Of a DNA stretch of 64,000 bases, positions 27,559 to 41,175 are shown piece by piece. The first letter of the stretch is position 1, and every line of letters starts with the position of its first letter. The notes under the pieces were generated by a model that saw nothing but the letters and a program-made list of their open reading frames with translations, ran no database searches and was not told the DNA's origin. The position numbers and the translations under genes were made by a program. This DNA comes from Trichoplax sp. H2 (lineage: Eukaryota): assembly GCA_003344405.1 (NCBI GenBank), contig NOWV01000116.1, positions 124,001 to 188,000 on the forward strand, written 5' to 3'.

Positions 27559-28599
27559 ATGTCTGGCATCAATTTATATTCATTTGTCAATACTTCAGTT
27601 ATGAACCACAGCGATATCACCTTAAGCATCTTTCCATTTTCATCTTCTATTACATTTATAGCAATCACTACTAATATATTTGTAGTTGTGCTTATTTTAA
27701 GTCAGCGGCATCTAAGGACATCTTGTAACGCTCTTATATGCAGCAGTTGTATAAGTGCATCAATGGCCGCAATGACTGAGGTTTTGGCTGGATCGGTGTC
27801 CAATTTTGTCGTCAATCCGATTAAAACAACATTACTCCAATGCGTACTTAGCATTCCACTTCGAACTACCATGTTTTGTATCTTTACTTTACATGTAACC
27901 ATGTTAAGTCTGGAACGATTTTATTCGGTCATTTATCCCTTTAAATATCGTCGCTTTGTGAACAAGAAAAATGCCACTATCGTGTTATTTCTTACGTGGG
28001 CAGTTCCTTTATTTTTTGTCGTTTTACTGATTGAATTTATCTCCTATCTTCAATTTGGATACTGTTTCCCATGGAGTAATATGGGAATATTTGCTCTGGT
28101 TCTTGTCTATATTTTACCTCCATTGACATTTTTCTTACCTCCTCTGGTTACCTTTTTCGTTTATCTTAAAATATTACGTCAAATCGATGCCTTAGAGCGT
28201 AAAATTTGGTCCGTATCATGTCAAAAAGAAGAAACCTGTAGATGGACAAGCTATCGGCACATGTTGCGCCATCGAAAAGTCTTATTTCAGATGTTTACCA
28301 TCTTAGCAGTTTATTCGGTAGCATTTATTCCTTGTATCGTTGTTTACTTGGTTTATTTTACACATTATGATACTTCCCTTTTACTGCCAATTTTAATAAC
28401 TTACTTAATGGCGACGTCTTACCTTTTTATTCATCCTGTCTTGGCTATAATATTTACTGCCGCAATTAAAAGTGAATTTAAGAAGAAATTTGGTCGTCAT
28501 TACTGGCTATCTGCAGGCCGTTCTTTTTGTCGATGCCATCGTTATTGGGTAAAAAATAATGCAATTCGTAGTAAAAATACTCTAGAGACAATAGGTTGA
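27559..28599 (+). CDS. Intronless rhodopsin-like (class A) GPCR, orphan, 346 aa
   Basis: Single ORF with seven hydrophobic segments: TM1 Asn (TTNIFV), TM3 Cys and SLERFYSVIYPFKY, TM4 W (TWAVP), TM5 FFLPP, TM6 AFIP and TM7 IHPVL. Confidence 0.92.
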   Translation: MSGINLYSFVNTSVMNHSDITLSIFPFSSSITFIAITTNIFVVVLILSQRHLRTSCNALICSSCISASMAAMTEVLAGSVSNFVVNPIKTTLLQCVLSIPLRTTMFCIFTLHVTMLSLERFYSVIYPFKYRRFVNKKNATIVLFLTWAVPLFFVVLLIEFISYLQFGYCFPWSNMGIFALVLVYILPPLTFFLPPLVTFFVYLKILRQIDALERKIWSVSCQKEETCRWTSYRHMLRHRKVLFQMFTILAVYSVAFIPCIVVYLVYFTHYDTSLLLPILITYLMATSYLFIHPVLAIIFTAAIKSEFKKKFGRHYWLSAGRSFCRCHRYWVKNNAIRSKNTLETIG

Positions 28600-31500
28600 G
28601 CTATAGCTCTAAAGACATTCGTCATGGCTACCGAACTGGGTATTTACAACTGGATTCACTTCAAACTATATCAAGGTACAACCTATGTAATGTAATCCGA
28701 CTAATTTTAAGTTGGATTTTAGCCTATTGGTCAGAATCGAACTGAACATTCAAGAGCTGCTGTAGTTAATATCACGATGGGTTGAAATAGTTATACCGCC
28801 TAACAGTTATCGGAAAGTCTATTTAGGCATCCTAGGATGATATTTATTAAAGCTTAATAGTCGAATTTTGAACCTTCGACTTCATTCATGCACTCGTATT
28901 CAATTTGTCAAGACTGACAGCAAAATTTTACCCATGAAATTATGAAATAACCAGAAATTAGCATATTATGCGCATCAAGATAGCCGTATAAACATCATAT
29001 CAAAGCCAACCTTCGATAATATAGATATATATGCTGTTTAAATAAAGTTTGCTATAATTGTTTACTAGTGCGATAAACTCTAAAGTTTATCTATTTTTCG
29101 ATATTTAAAACATGAATATCATTCAATTCGTGCCTAAAATTTTAAAATAATCAAAAAATTGATATATTTTTAAAGGCGAATTGTTATGTTTTGGTCCTTA
29201 TTATATCGCTCTTCGATCATATCACTTGTCAAGATGCGGTATAATGGCTAAAATTAATATCACCTTGTCATTACTTTGAACTTAGAAAATGGCCAATGGA
29301 GCAAATTCACATTTATGGCTTGTTACTCTACAACATAATAATCCAAAAGTATACGATCTCATTCAAACACAGAAGTTATCTATTACGAACAGAACATGGT
29401 TATTTATTTATTTATTGTTGGGGAGACATTGCACTATAATTGCGTGATTTAAAGCTTATGGATTCTATTTTTTTAAATTCCAGTAGCTTACATCTTGACA
29501 TTTCTTGGAGATTGATAGCACTGATATTTCATGAAATTAAAACATCAAGGAGCTTAATCCAAAATTAAGAAGGCATTTAGTTTGTTAGTATTCGTATTAT
29601 CGTTTTCGGATTCCGTTCTTTTAATTCGAGTAGCTTGTATGCTCTGGCATTTCAAAAACTTGAAAGAGTTTAATCCAAAATCATGTACGCATTTGATTTG
29701 TAGGCTTTCATATTGTTGTTTACAATCAAATTTCCTTTTTATTTCATCGCCATCCAATTTTAAATTTAAAATATTTATTCTTTAATCATGGTGCAGTGAT
29801 AATATACTCAAATTTTTGAAGACTTACGATTCTGATGCTTGATAAAATTGCGGAGCTAATAACGGTTAATTAAATAAACTTGCAGTTACTGTTTCTACGC
29901 TGTTATTTTATACTGTAATATACTGCGATTCCATGTTACCGTTTGGAACTGAAGACCAGCTGATTCATGAAATGCATTCATGCATACATAATTTTCAGGT
30001 ATAAAATACCGATATAGTAAAGCAAAATTGAATCTGTCATCTTGTTTATGGCCAGACGGACTTATTGTATCTTATTACACATTTCATGTATTCAATCTCG
30101 GATTATAATTCACGCGATTTATTTCTTGTATTAAACCTTACTCGTTTCTTACGGTAGACTTATCATATCGATTCTTACAATATGTTAAGGATCAACCTCC
30201 TGTATCTAAAGCTTATTTTAATCATGGCAAACAATTTTCTAAAATATATGGTAGTAGCGATCAATTACTTTAGTAGAGAAATCAATCTTTATGACTCAAA
30301 ATTAATATTTCAATATAGAATAGAAGGTGTATACCATGCAATAGCTTCAAAATTATTTCATTAAATACGATGCATAAACAAGATTTTATTTACAAACAAA
30401 CTTAAATGGCGAAAGGTATGCTTTCTAAAGCAAATTATACGTTGTTGTCATTTTTTATATGAGAGGCTGGCATAAGTTAAAATTAAAATTATCAATTACT
30501 AGACTTCTTCGCTTCCTATGTGAATTTTGTATAAGGTATCAATGGATAAACGTTTCCTATTATTTCGAAATACTAATTAATCGAAAGTCCTAGGTTAAAT
30601 TGTTTATAATTTATTGAATGGCTCATCTCAATTTATTGCCTTCTCGAATAAATAAGATGATACATACAATGTGACTACTATAATAAATACTATAACAGCT
30701 TGACTTTTTAGAATGTTTTTGTCTAGGAAAGCTTTTGTATAACGGTAGTTTACAAATGAAATACTTGACGTGATTTAATTTGATCCACAATCAGTAAAAT
30801 TTGTCAATCAATAATTTTTGTTTTGAATGTCATGTCATATAGCTATGGCGTATTAACAAAGCATGTAAAATCATTTGATCTATAATCTATTCTGTATTTT
30901 TCCACTATGGACGTATATCGTAGTTTCTTAGCTATACAAGCCAGTTTTTACTTCTTTTAATTCATGCATTTCTTAGCTATTTCATAGAAAGCGATTAATA
31001 CATCTTTCACCATTGAAAATGTATGCGTGATATATTGAGCCGCTTTAATCATACTTATTATTGTATCAATCTTTCATCACTTTCCACTTAGCATTTATAA
31101 TAAGATTTTGAAAACGACATTGATAATCTACTCTTTATTTTAACAATAATATGCTTAAGCATTCGAGTTATGTCGATTTTCATCATTTTAGTGTCTTACA
31201 AAGGTTGGATTAAATATCAGATTTTCAAATGCGACGACCATCTAAAATTTCGTACTGACCCAAATAAGAAAAACTATTCTTTAAATGAACACTTTGTATA
31301 GTAAATTCGAATAAATTTTTAAGCATGCTATTATTTGTACCAGATTTGCACTGGGATCTAAGTTGATGTCAAATCGTTACTGCTAGCCCTTCTGAGATTA
31401 TACTGAGTAAGGAATTTAATGTCGTAAACCGCTCACGTTGACGTATACCTAGACAGATTTTAGTAACAAAATCATAAATGATATTTACTTATGATAAGGT

Positions 31501-34500
31501 TTAACGCAGTAATTTAAATTACTTGAGAGAGGGTAGTAACTTATTAAGTTTATTTAAAATAGTAGTAGAGCAATGAATACTGCAAGTAAACAGAATCCTG
31601 GCGAACAGAATAATTGAAATCAGCTACGCTAATATTTCGTGAACAGTTGACTAGATTCTCTAACTATCCTACGATACAAAAATAGAAGCTTAGAGTATAT
31701 AAATTCTAATCCAAGAAAATCCATAGGAAAGATTTAATACGCGATAGGTAAATTATCGCCATTATTAGAATTTTTTGTCTGGATGAACAGAAACTGATGT
31801 CACTGCATGTCCTTTAATATCTTGCTAAGATTACAATCATCTACCGATCGGGATCATATGTACTTAAAATACTTCACGCTTAAAAATGGTGTCAGATTTT
31901 ACCAGATATTCGATATTCCATATGCCACTTTGTTTAGATTACCCAAATTTAAAAAAATTAGTGTCAAAATCAACAATCACAATACTTAAATTTCGATGAC
32001 AACGATAATGGAAAATTAAAGCTTTTCTTATTTACTCGATCTACTATGCTATACTTGAAAAATTGTAAGGTATCTTTATTGATAAAAAAATTTCGTTTAA
32101 GTATTTTTATTTACTTCAAACCTTGCGGAAATAAATTATATCATATAGGCTTTGAACATGCAATGATATTGACATTAAACGTGCATTTTGAAAACATGGT
32201 TGAGAGCTTAGTAATAGTGTGTAGTACAGCCGTGTAATGTAGAATAGATAGTTAAACCTTTTACAGTAATTACACATTAGCGCTCGAAGTTATTCATGAC
32301 CTGAAATAATTTCTCTTCATTTTCTAAATGGGTGATGACATAATTAGTTTTAATCTTACTTTAAAATGAGGCTAACATTATTTTCGGTCAGTTATCAAAA
32401 CAATGACTCGCATGTTGGCATATTTCATGATGGAAATCAGAAATTATTAATTAGATCGCTATTAGAGATTCACTTCTTCTTTATAAGCTTGATAGTTTGG
32501 CAGGATACCTTCGGATATTTAATACAATCAATAAAAGAATAGCTTATTCTTTAAACTTTCATTTTAGGTTGGCAACAAGAAATCACCCACGGTTTTCAAA
32601 AGTATGAAGTGCAATTCAATTTTACTAAAATGTAATTTCCAAAGCTATGCAGTTGTAAAAGACACTAAAGCTTTTTACACTTATATGCTTTCTCTATTTT
32701 CATCATTGAAAAGAGTGAAAGTTCGTCGTTATTCATTAGTAACTATAGTTACGAAACAGGAGATCATGCTTGAATATCGTGTCGCAGTTATGCTGATTAT
32801 CAGATAACTGATTAAGCGGAAATAGCGTTTCCATCAAACTTCCTCAGGAAAACATCTGCGTCTCACAAATAAATATATAATATAGAATTAATTAGATACC
32901 AGCAGATTTAATAAGAATTTAGTGTTATCATTGCCATGGGCATGAGAGACAATTATGCACAGGCGTGTTATTAATTCTTAACTTACATCGTACAGTATGT
33001 TAATTTGCATATCATAACTAATCATTACTATTATAAACTCCGAACCTTAGACTTGATAGTAAAAGGTGTGGTAGAATTAGGCTGCTGGGAAAAGAAACTC
33101 TAAAAAAATTACTAGTTTAATTATGTGGCCTAATAATGACGAGTACCTTGCAATATATGGGCTATACTGTTGGTACAGAATCTGTTACTTACTTTCTGTT
33201 CAACAACTTATTAGTTTAAATTAACCAGCGATGCATAGCAATAGCAAATGTCCTAAAATTTTAAATTATCTTGAATATTTTACCGTAATAATAGTAGTAT
33301 AAATTGATCTAATTAGAAAAGAAACATCCTATTTGCTTATCTAAATAAAAGGATGTAGCAATATCTTCAGGATGATAACAAGTATATAGCGTGTTCAAAT
33401 TAATTACTAGTGGTTATGCCTTTTCAACTATTACTATCCTATGATTTAGAATATTATATTTTAATTAATTTCTATGCTACTACCGAAACACTATTATCAA
33501 GAAATGACAATTCTTTTATTTATTTGAATTGCAAATATCTATAGTTCACTACACAATACCATAACTCAATTTAATTTCAACCCTTTGCGTTAATAGAATT
33601 ATTAAACAATGTAATTTTAACTAATTATGGTATTTTATTCACATGAACTATAATGGAAGCTGTATCTGCATTAATTTAATCGTAATTAGTTATGAGCGTA
33701 ACATTTAATAATATTCAAGGTATCCACTGTCCAATTTACCGTAGATCAGAAAAAGTTAGATTCGGTATTCGTAGATAATAACGGCTGTTATTTTAGATAT
33801 AAAAGACTTTTAAAATATTCATTTTACTTTTGGTTAGTAATTTATCAGGTGGTCTATCCTGTTATTTATTTGTTCACATTCGTGACTTGGCTGTAGTAAT
33901 GTAGAAAGACTAAATGTCATACTGGAAGGTTGGCAGAGAGAAAGTACCATTCAGATTGCAGAATAATTATTCTTATATACGATGATACCGTATATCGTCG
34001 ATATCTTTTAGAACTGTACGTAATTTAGTGCTAGGGATTCGCCAATGCAGGTATCCGTATAAAGGGAGAAATTCGGTCTCATTTCCTTAGAAAGTACATG
34101 AAGAACGGTAATACTGGTACGTTAAGATAACCGTAACTGCCGTTAATTCGATTTGAATTGCTTTACTTTATTAATTACATTAAGTATACTGATAAGTAGA
34201 TATAAATTGCTTTTTCTTAGATTGTATGCCATTTCGAAATTTTTTGTATTTTTCTGACACGATTATATTGAATATCTTCTAACTAATTCTGTACTTGTAG
34301 TTTTTTGACTGTTATAGTTATTTATAAAATTAATCGATACATATATGCAAAAAGTACTGACTAACTTAAATCCTGTAACACTTACTGCATGAATAGTATC
34401 GAATCGCGTACCTATATCAACATGTTTTTGTAATTTATGGCATGCGAGTATTTGTCGTATTTGTAGCAGTTGTATCGGTTATGCCCGATCGGCTTGCTGT

Positions 34501-37218
34501 ATTTTGATGAGTGACTGGAATAACTTGGATTTTTAATCTTTCAAATTGCTAAACTTACTTGCGGCCAAGAAGTGGCATATATAGAAAAATTAATATCTAG
34601 TATATTTTTCGTAAATTAACCTTACAGATATAAAAAACCTTCTATTACGCATTAAAATTTTTGCATATTATCTACCGTGATTATAGATAGAGCTTTTTTT
34701 CGTAATATTATTAAAAGTAGTTTTAATTAGTGTTGGCATAGCTGATGCTTATATATGACATCAAATCGAGCAAAATTCATTCTCTATACTTTAACTACAG
34801 TAAGAGAAAGTGCACCTTGATTGTAACATCCTGATGATCAGCTTTTAATAAGTATTTAAGTTTTACGGTAGACCTTACGCAAGTATGACGTGGGCATAAT
34901 TTTGAAAACAATTATAACACAATCCATTTGCTTAACTGATCTGCCGTTTCATTATAAACGTAAAATAAGTGCCAAAGGGCACTTTTATACCCTTTAATGG
35001 TATTTGAGATATTGTAAATGTCAATCTTAAATATAGAGATGTAAAATTATCTCTATGGTCATAAATTATCACAATATTAGAGGGTAGGACGCTAAGTTGT
35101 GGCTACTAGGAAACAACCACATGGCGTTGCTGGAGGTCTCCCAATCTTTACTGTATGGGTAAATTACCGTACAGAATAATCTTCTCTTTTTGGATACTGT
35201 GTATATCTATGTTGTAACTTTAACGAAAATGTAGTTACATGCCCAATCGATGATTTAACAGTGTTTTACAATTTAGATATACTATTGCATATCTTACAAT
35301 AATTTAATACCACAATTACTAGCGATTTTCACATGATCCATAGTAGTCAGTACTCTTACACATACTCTTTTGTCTAATCTATTGATTTATTCTGAAACTA
35401 TAAAGCGAAAATATTGCTAATATGGAATAGCGATAACCAAACTATGGGTAAAAATATATAGAAACCAGAGATTTTATAAATGTACTAAGACTAAGAATAG
35501 TCTCCTAATTAAAATCATTTACTAAAGTTATATTATGTTCACATTGGAGACGCTATTGGTTTTAACAGTAAACTGTTAGCTACCAGCTGTATATTATGCC
35601 CATTTGCTAACTTAAATACCTTTACCTTTACATTTATTAATAAAACTATAATACGATCAAGTTGGTTTAAACCAGGTAGCTAACAGAAATCGAAATTAGG
35701 AAATGAAACTTTCGGTACTGATAAATTAAGCTTATTGAGAAAGCTCTAGATTAGGTCTATACGATTCAAATTGATTTTATCGGCCGTGAAAGTGAAAAAG
35801 TATCTCATCTACTACAACCTTTAATTAGAAAAATTACCTGAAAATGTAAATAATTTTACATGTTATAAATCATACGAATTATATGTGTTTACTTTCAAAA
35901 GATTAATGATTAAATGATACGTATCTCTTAATAAATTGAATTTATTACGATACGTAATTGATTTAAGAAAAATAGCTTCGTGCAGTTTAGACTCCATCTG
36001 ATTTATTAATTATTTCTATCTTTAATAGTTACTATCGTAGAATCTAATTTGCTGCTTTTTCCTTCAAATCTACCGGGCGTATTACCGTTCATTAATAAGA
36101 GATATAATTGTTTCGGTGACGTAATAGTAATTAATGATATTGATAATAATAATAAATAGGAAAAATTTTTTATGCATTTATTTATTGCAAAATATGTAAT
36201 ATCGAACGGTAAATATGCATGAAAAATTTTTCTCACTAATGAGACAATGATGTATTATCTATAAAATCTAAAATTGCAGCTCTTTAAAATTTCATTTAAG
36301 AATTGGCTACAATCGACAATAAAAACTTGTGTAACAGAAAAAAGTAAACGATGCTGCCTAGCCACCTTTTCACGCAATAAAGCTCGTTTAAATATATGTA
36401 ACATGATATGTAGCTGATATACTGGAGATCATTGCTATACTAATACTTCGTGATATATAGCTTATAAACTAGAGGTCATTGCTATACTACTAATTTGACT
36501 AAAATACCTTAATAATATCATTATCGTACCAGATTGGGCCATAACGAAATATGTAAAGTTTGAGGGTATACCGGTAGGGAGTAATCCTAAATTGAATCTA
36601 TATTCGTATAAACGTTCAATTGCGAGACAATTGACGTGTTAGGGCGATAAGAAATATAGAACTTAATGCAATCGCATCGAACAATATCTGTAAATCGAAA
36701 TATTTTTAGATCATAAGTCTATTTTTTTACCCAGGCTAATGTCAAATTTGGGTACATTTTAGCAATTATGTTCATATCGCAGTTTCAATACTTCCGTTAT
36801 ATGTAAATACGGTACTAATATAGCATTAAACGTAATAAGTTCGACAAGGTTTCGTCATATTCATATCGTAGCTATTGCGATGAAATCGATTTAATTCTAA
36901 TGACGTGCATCATATATTGCCATTCAACATAATGCAATTCTTAGGCACCTTGATCGAGTATCGAAGGTTTGTTAGGGTGCGGTAATAATTTTTAGTCCAC
37001 AATTTGTTAAGCTCTTAAAAACCTATTTAGAACCAGTTTGTAATAAAAAGAGTTAACCTGTGTCAACTAATTTATTTCTAGAAGATTGGTTCTAAACTAA
37101 ATCGCTTCCAGCTATCGAAATTGATAATAGCCTAAAAGCCTCTTTTAAGCCGTGTGGATCTTGCCTGATTTGAACTCTTTTTCCAAAATTAATTATTTTC
37201 TATCCTTGATTGGCGAAG

Positions 37219-38169
37219 ATGCTTTATTTAAAATATAACAGCAGTTCCTATAGGATAGAATACATTAGTAAAGAATTTAACATCTTATCCGTTACATTTT
37301 CAATTACTGCAATTGTTAGTAATATGATAATTATTATTTTACTATTAAGTCGACCCTCTCTAAAAGTTCCAAGCTGGGCAATTACGTGTAGCTCTTGCTT
37401 TGCAGGCATTTTACTTGCAATGTCACACGTAGCTAGTGGCTCAACAACTATCTTCACTGCTGGTCCCTTACAATCTATTCTAGTAGGATGCATTTTTGAT
37501 GCAATAATGCATTTAACTGCTGAAGCTATCTATAATATCCATATTGCATTTCTTAGCCTAGAGAGATTTTATGCAGTCATTTATCCATTTAAATATCGAC
37601 GTATAGCATCGAAAGCGAACATTGCCAAACTTTTACTGGCAGTTTGGATTCTACCTATTTTTTTTCTTCTGCTTCCAGTTAAGATTGCTGCGTATGTATA
37701 TTGTAAATGCTGCCTCAATTGGTTTCGAATTCCAGTGATTAGAACGATTATGCTGTATTGTGCCGTGCCAATTCTCTACTTCCTACCGCCTGTTATTACA
37801 GTCTTAATTTACGCTATTATTTTATGGCAACTTCATCGGAAAATTAATAGTCATGCATCTCCTGATTGCGCCAACTTTCATAAGCGAAAGGTTAAATCTT
37901 ACGTACAAAATAGAAAGGCTATAATTCAAGCATTTATAATTGTATGTTTTTACGCTTTAACTTTCATTCCGGTTGTAATTTTCGCTTATATTATAACTTC
38001 TAAAAATTATTACCGACTGATGATTCCCTTTTTTACGAGTTCATTGATGATAATTTTATTCTTAAACATACATCCAATATTCATCATTTGTTTTAATGCG
38101 TCCTTGAAGGCAGAAGCGAAAACTAGATTTCAACATTGGTTTATACCTTGCCAAATCAATACCTCTTAA
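37219..38169 (+). CDS. Intronless rhodopsin-like (class A) GPCR, orphan, paralogue of 27559-28599
   Basis: First ATG at 37219 (the ORF track opens on a TTG at 37210). 7TM pattern with SLERFYAVIYPFKYRR, VWILP, YFLPP, TFIP and IHPIF, matching the upstream GPCR block by block. Confidence 0.9.
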   Translation: MLYLKYNSSSYRIEYISKEFNILSVTFSITAIVSNMIIIILLLSRPSLKVPSWAITCSSCFAGILLAMSHVASGSTTIFTAGPLQSILVGCIFDAIMHLTAEAIYNIHIAFLSLERFYAVIYPFKYRRIASKANIAKLLLAVWILPIFFLLLPVKIAAYVYCKCCLNWFRIPVIRTIMLYCAVPILYFLPPVITVLIYAIILWQLHRKINSHASPDCANFHKRKVKSYVQNRKAIIQAFIIVCFYALTFIPVVIFAYIITSKNYYRLMIPFFTSSLMIILFLNIHPIFIICFNASLKAEAKTRFQHWFIPCQINTS

Positions 38170-38772
38170 GCTACTGGTTGCTAATTTGCTTTTACGACTT
38201 TCTTTACAGAGTACATTATTGCCTAACAAACAGTTGAGCGCTATCGTAGTAAATATAAATTCCCTAAATGATATCGGAATAGCGTATCGTCTTTATTTAC
38301 AACAATCGTATTTTATCATATTACTATAAAAAATATCGCGATCAGAGATATGTAACCTTATAAAATCGAGCTAATACTGTATAAAATGATTAATAAAGAT
38401 AACACGACGTCTAAAATTTCAGAATAGGATGGCTTTTACCTTAAAGATATACAATATTGATGGTAAAAGAAGTAGTATAAGAACTGATAACAATCTTTGT
38501 TGAAATCAAACCAGCGAACAAACAGGATGTTAAGGTTATGAACTTTTAGTAGATAATGCGTATTTAAATTTCGTAGTCACTAGCTAAATAGCAAGTTTAT
38601 TGCTATCATTGTATAAATTGGTGTATATTACTGGTCAGCCATTAGCTTCACGACGAATTATTTGTAGATTATTCTTACTGCAAGTAAAATGCTATACCGG
38701 CAAGAAAACTTCAAATCTGAACAGAAGAATATAAAGATACAAAAGCAGCGAAATTCAGTATACAAAAATATA

Positions 38773-39068
38773 TTTAATTCTTATTAGTTGCCTAATATTA
38801 TATCTAATTATAGATTACAAACAGTTCAAAATTTCACTTTTAGAATCCATGTGTTCTCAAAGTGATCCTTTATTCCACCGTAGCATATTGTATAATAATA
38901 AATATATTGCATACCTCATACAAGGTTCATAACTATGCGATCTATATTATAATATACAGCTGTTATCAATTTTTGACAGCGTAAATTTTGTAATATTCAG
39001 TATTATTGTGAAATCCAATACAGGTTAAATAGCAAGATCACAAACTGAAATTACTGACGTAGCTATGG
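38773..39068. repeat. Segment A, near-identical direct copy at 40257-40550
   Basis: tttaattcttattagttgcc...gtagctatgg is repeated immediately after the N gap with only a few substitutions or indels. Confidence 0.95.
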
Positions 39069-39069
39069 C

Positions 39070-39756
39070 TAGAGTACTTTCATCCGAAATACTTACAGTA
39101 CAGTACGTACACTTTGCATGAGCCCTACCTGCTACCACACACTTTGTATGCAAGCATTTACCAATTCCAAATCAGTCCAAGTAGCCTTTTAACCCGCTGC
39201 TTTACTGGCAGTGTGCTTGTATTTTTGCATATGCGTACAAAAACAATCCATCGATTGATCATCACATCCTCGTTTTATACGCATATTTCGAATTGAAGAT
39301 TCCTTTTTAGTTAGTTAGTCGGTTAGATAGTCAACTAGTTTTTCAATTGATATTTAATTGTAAAGACTATAATCTTGGGTGCCGAGATTTCTTCAGTATT
39401 AAATGATAGTAAATCTCTGACTTTCTCGTCTACACTATCTGTGACGCTATAATTATACCATAGTATTCGGTCGTTGGAACTGAATTATTTGGTGATATAG
39501 CTAATCTCGCCTCTTAAGTTAGTAAGTGGCGTTCTCCGCAAGGATTGGCGTGTGTAGACTAATTTGTCACTAGTGGTGTGCGACACGAATACACGATGGT
39601 GGTCATGACAGTAACACTAGCTTTGGCAGGTCAGTCCCCTGATGCAAGCATGATTCATTTACTCTGTTCTATTAGTAAACAGAATGGCTAGTTTTTTTAT
39701 TCACGCGTTGATGAAACATAACGCCATATGTAAGTGTTTCGGATGAAAGTACTCTA
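39070..39756. mobile_element. 687-bp segment (B) bounded by 28-bp terminal inverted repeats; non-autonomous DNA-transposon/MITE-like
   Basis: Left end 39070-39097 is TAGAGTACTTTCATCCGAAATACTTACA. Right end 39729-39756 is its reverse complement with one mismatch. No transposase ORF inside. The superfamily is not determined: TAG...CTA termini suggest Academ, while reading the outer TA as a target duplication suggests a TA-targeting family. Confidence 0.75.
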
Positions 39757-40236
39757 CTAGTAGTCATAGGATTGATTTGGGATGCAGTAGTGTAGAGTTA
39801 CTGTTCCAAATTTTCCATGAAAGTATTGTGCTGTACAGTACAGTACAATGGATGGGTACAATTAAATGACTTGCTATACAGTAGAATTGAGGTGGGATTA
39901 GTGCTTGCATAAAAGGCAAACAAGTTCCAGATCATACTACTGTTATATATATATATATTGTAGTTTTAAATTACAAAATACCATGAAGCAACCGAACCTT
40001 TCTCAGGTCTAGTCTTATCAAATTCTGGATACCTGTCAAAGCATAGCCAATGACTTGATGTACTTTGCTGCATACCAGCTTTGTTGCTAACAATGTATTA
40101 TTAAATAAATATAAAAGCCCACAGTTGTATCAAGATAAATCGATACCAATTACATCAATATCATTGTCATCCGAATAGATTAGCAAATATACTAGTGCTA
40201 CAGCTGTAAGACTTATTCTCCGATGACGTTAAATCC
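39757..40236. repeat. Segment C, near-identical direct copy at 43245-43722
   Basis: ctagtagtcataggattgatttggg...gatgacgttaaatcc occurs twice. The first copy ends exactly at the N gap. Confidence 0.95.
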
Positions 40237-40256
40237 NNNNNNNNNNNNNNNNNNNN
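40237..40256. other. Assembly gap (20 N)
   Basis: Run of 20 n, flanked by the end of segment C and the start of the second copy of segment A. Confidence 1.
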
Positions 40257-40777
40257 TTTAATTCTTATTAGTTGCCTAATATTATATCTAATTATAGATT
40301 ACAAACAGTTCAAATTTCACTTTTAGAATCCATGTGTTCTCAAAGTGATCCTTTATTCCACCGTAGCATATTGTATAATAATAAATATATTGCATACCTC
40401 ATACAAGGTTCAAACTATGCGATCTATATTATAATATACAGCTGTTATCAATTTTTGACAGCGTAAATTTTGTAATATTCAGTATTATTGTGAAATCCAA
40501 TACAGGTTAAATAGCAAGATCACAAACTGAAATTACTGGCGTAGCTATGGATCTTATTTCGAAGTTTACTTACATATTTGTGGGTTAACCATGCCAAGTA
40601 GATATGAATAATCATATAAAGTTGCTGATCGTTTTTAGTCACTAAATTTTGAAGCTTTTAAATCTTAACTGCAGTTTAATATTACGAGAATCTTGTTCAA
40701 TACAGACTTTTATTGGCTAAGCACATAAATGATTTCATAAAATTATTTCTCTAAATGGAACGCATAGTGTTTAATAA

Positions 40778-40996
40778 TTATGTGTGCAACAGTTTCTATA
40801 TGATCCTGTTATATTCATGGTGTTGCAATAAATTAAAAAATTTATATGTTACAAACCTAACAGTAATCGATTCAATTTCGTGTAATTGCGTGTGCAACAG
40901 TTTCTATACGATATTGTTATATTCATGGAGTTGCAATAAATTTAAAAATTTATATGTTACAAACCTAACAGTAATCGATTCAATTTCGCGCAATTA
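40778..40996. repeat. Two-copy 108-bp tandem duplication
   Basis: gtgtgcaacagtttctata...cagtaatcgattcaatttcg starts at 40782 and 40890. Confidence 0.92.
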
Positions 40997-41175
40997 TTTA
41001 GAACTCCTGCGATTGTAGTTAGAACAAATTACAGACTACACGTATCATGCTGTATAATAGTAAGCAACTTTATATGCAATAGTTATTTATATATTTGCGG
41101 TTAGATGATTAAATAAATGGATTAATCACTAATTGGTGGGCTTTGTACCAAGCCTACTGTTAGGTCTTATAGGAC

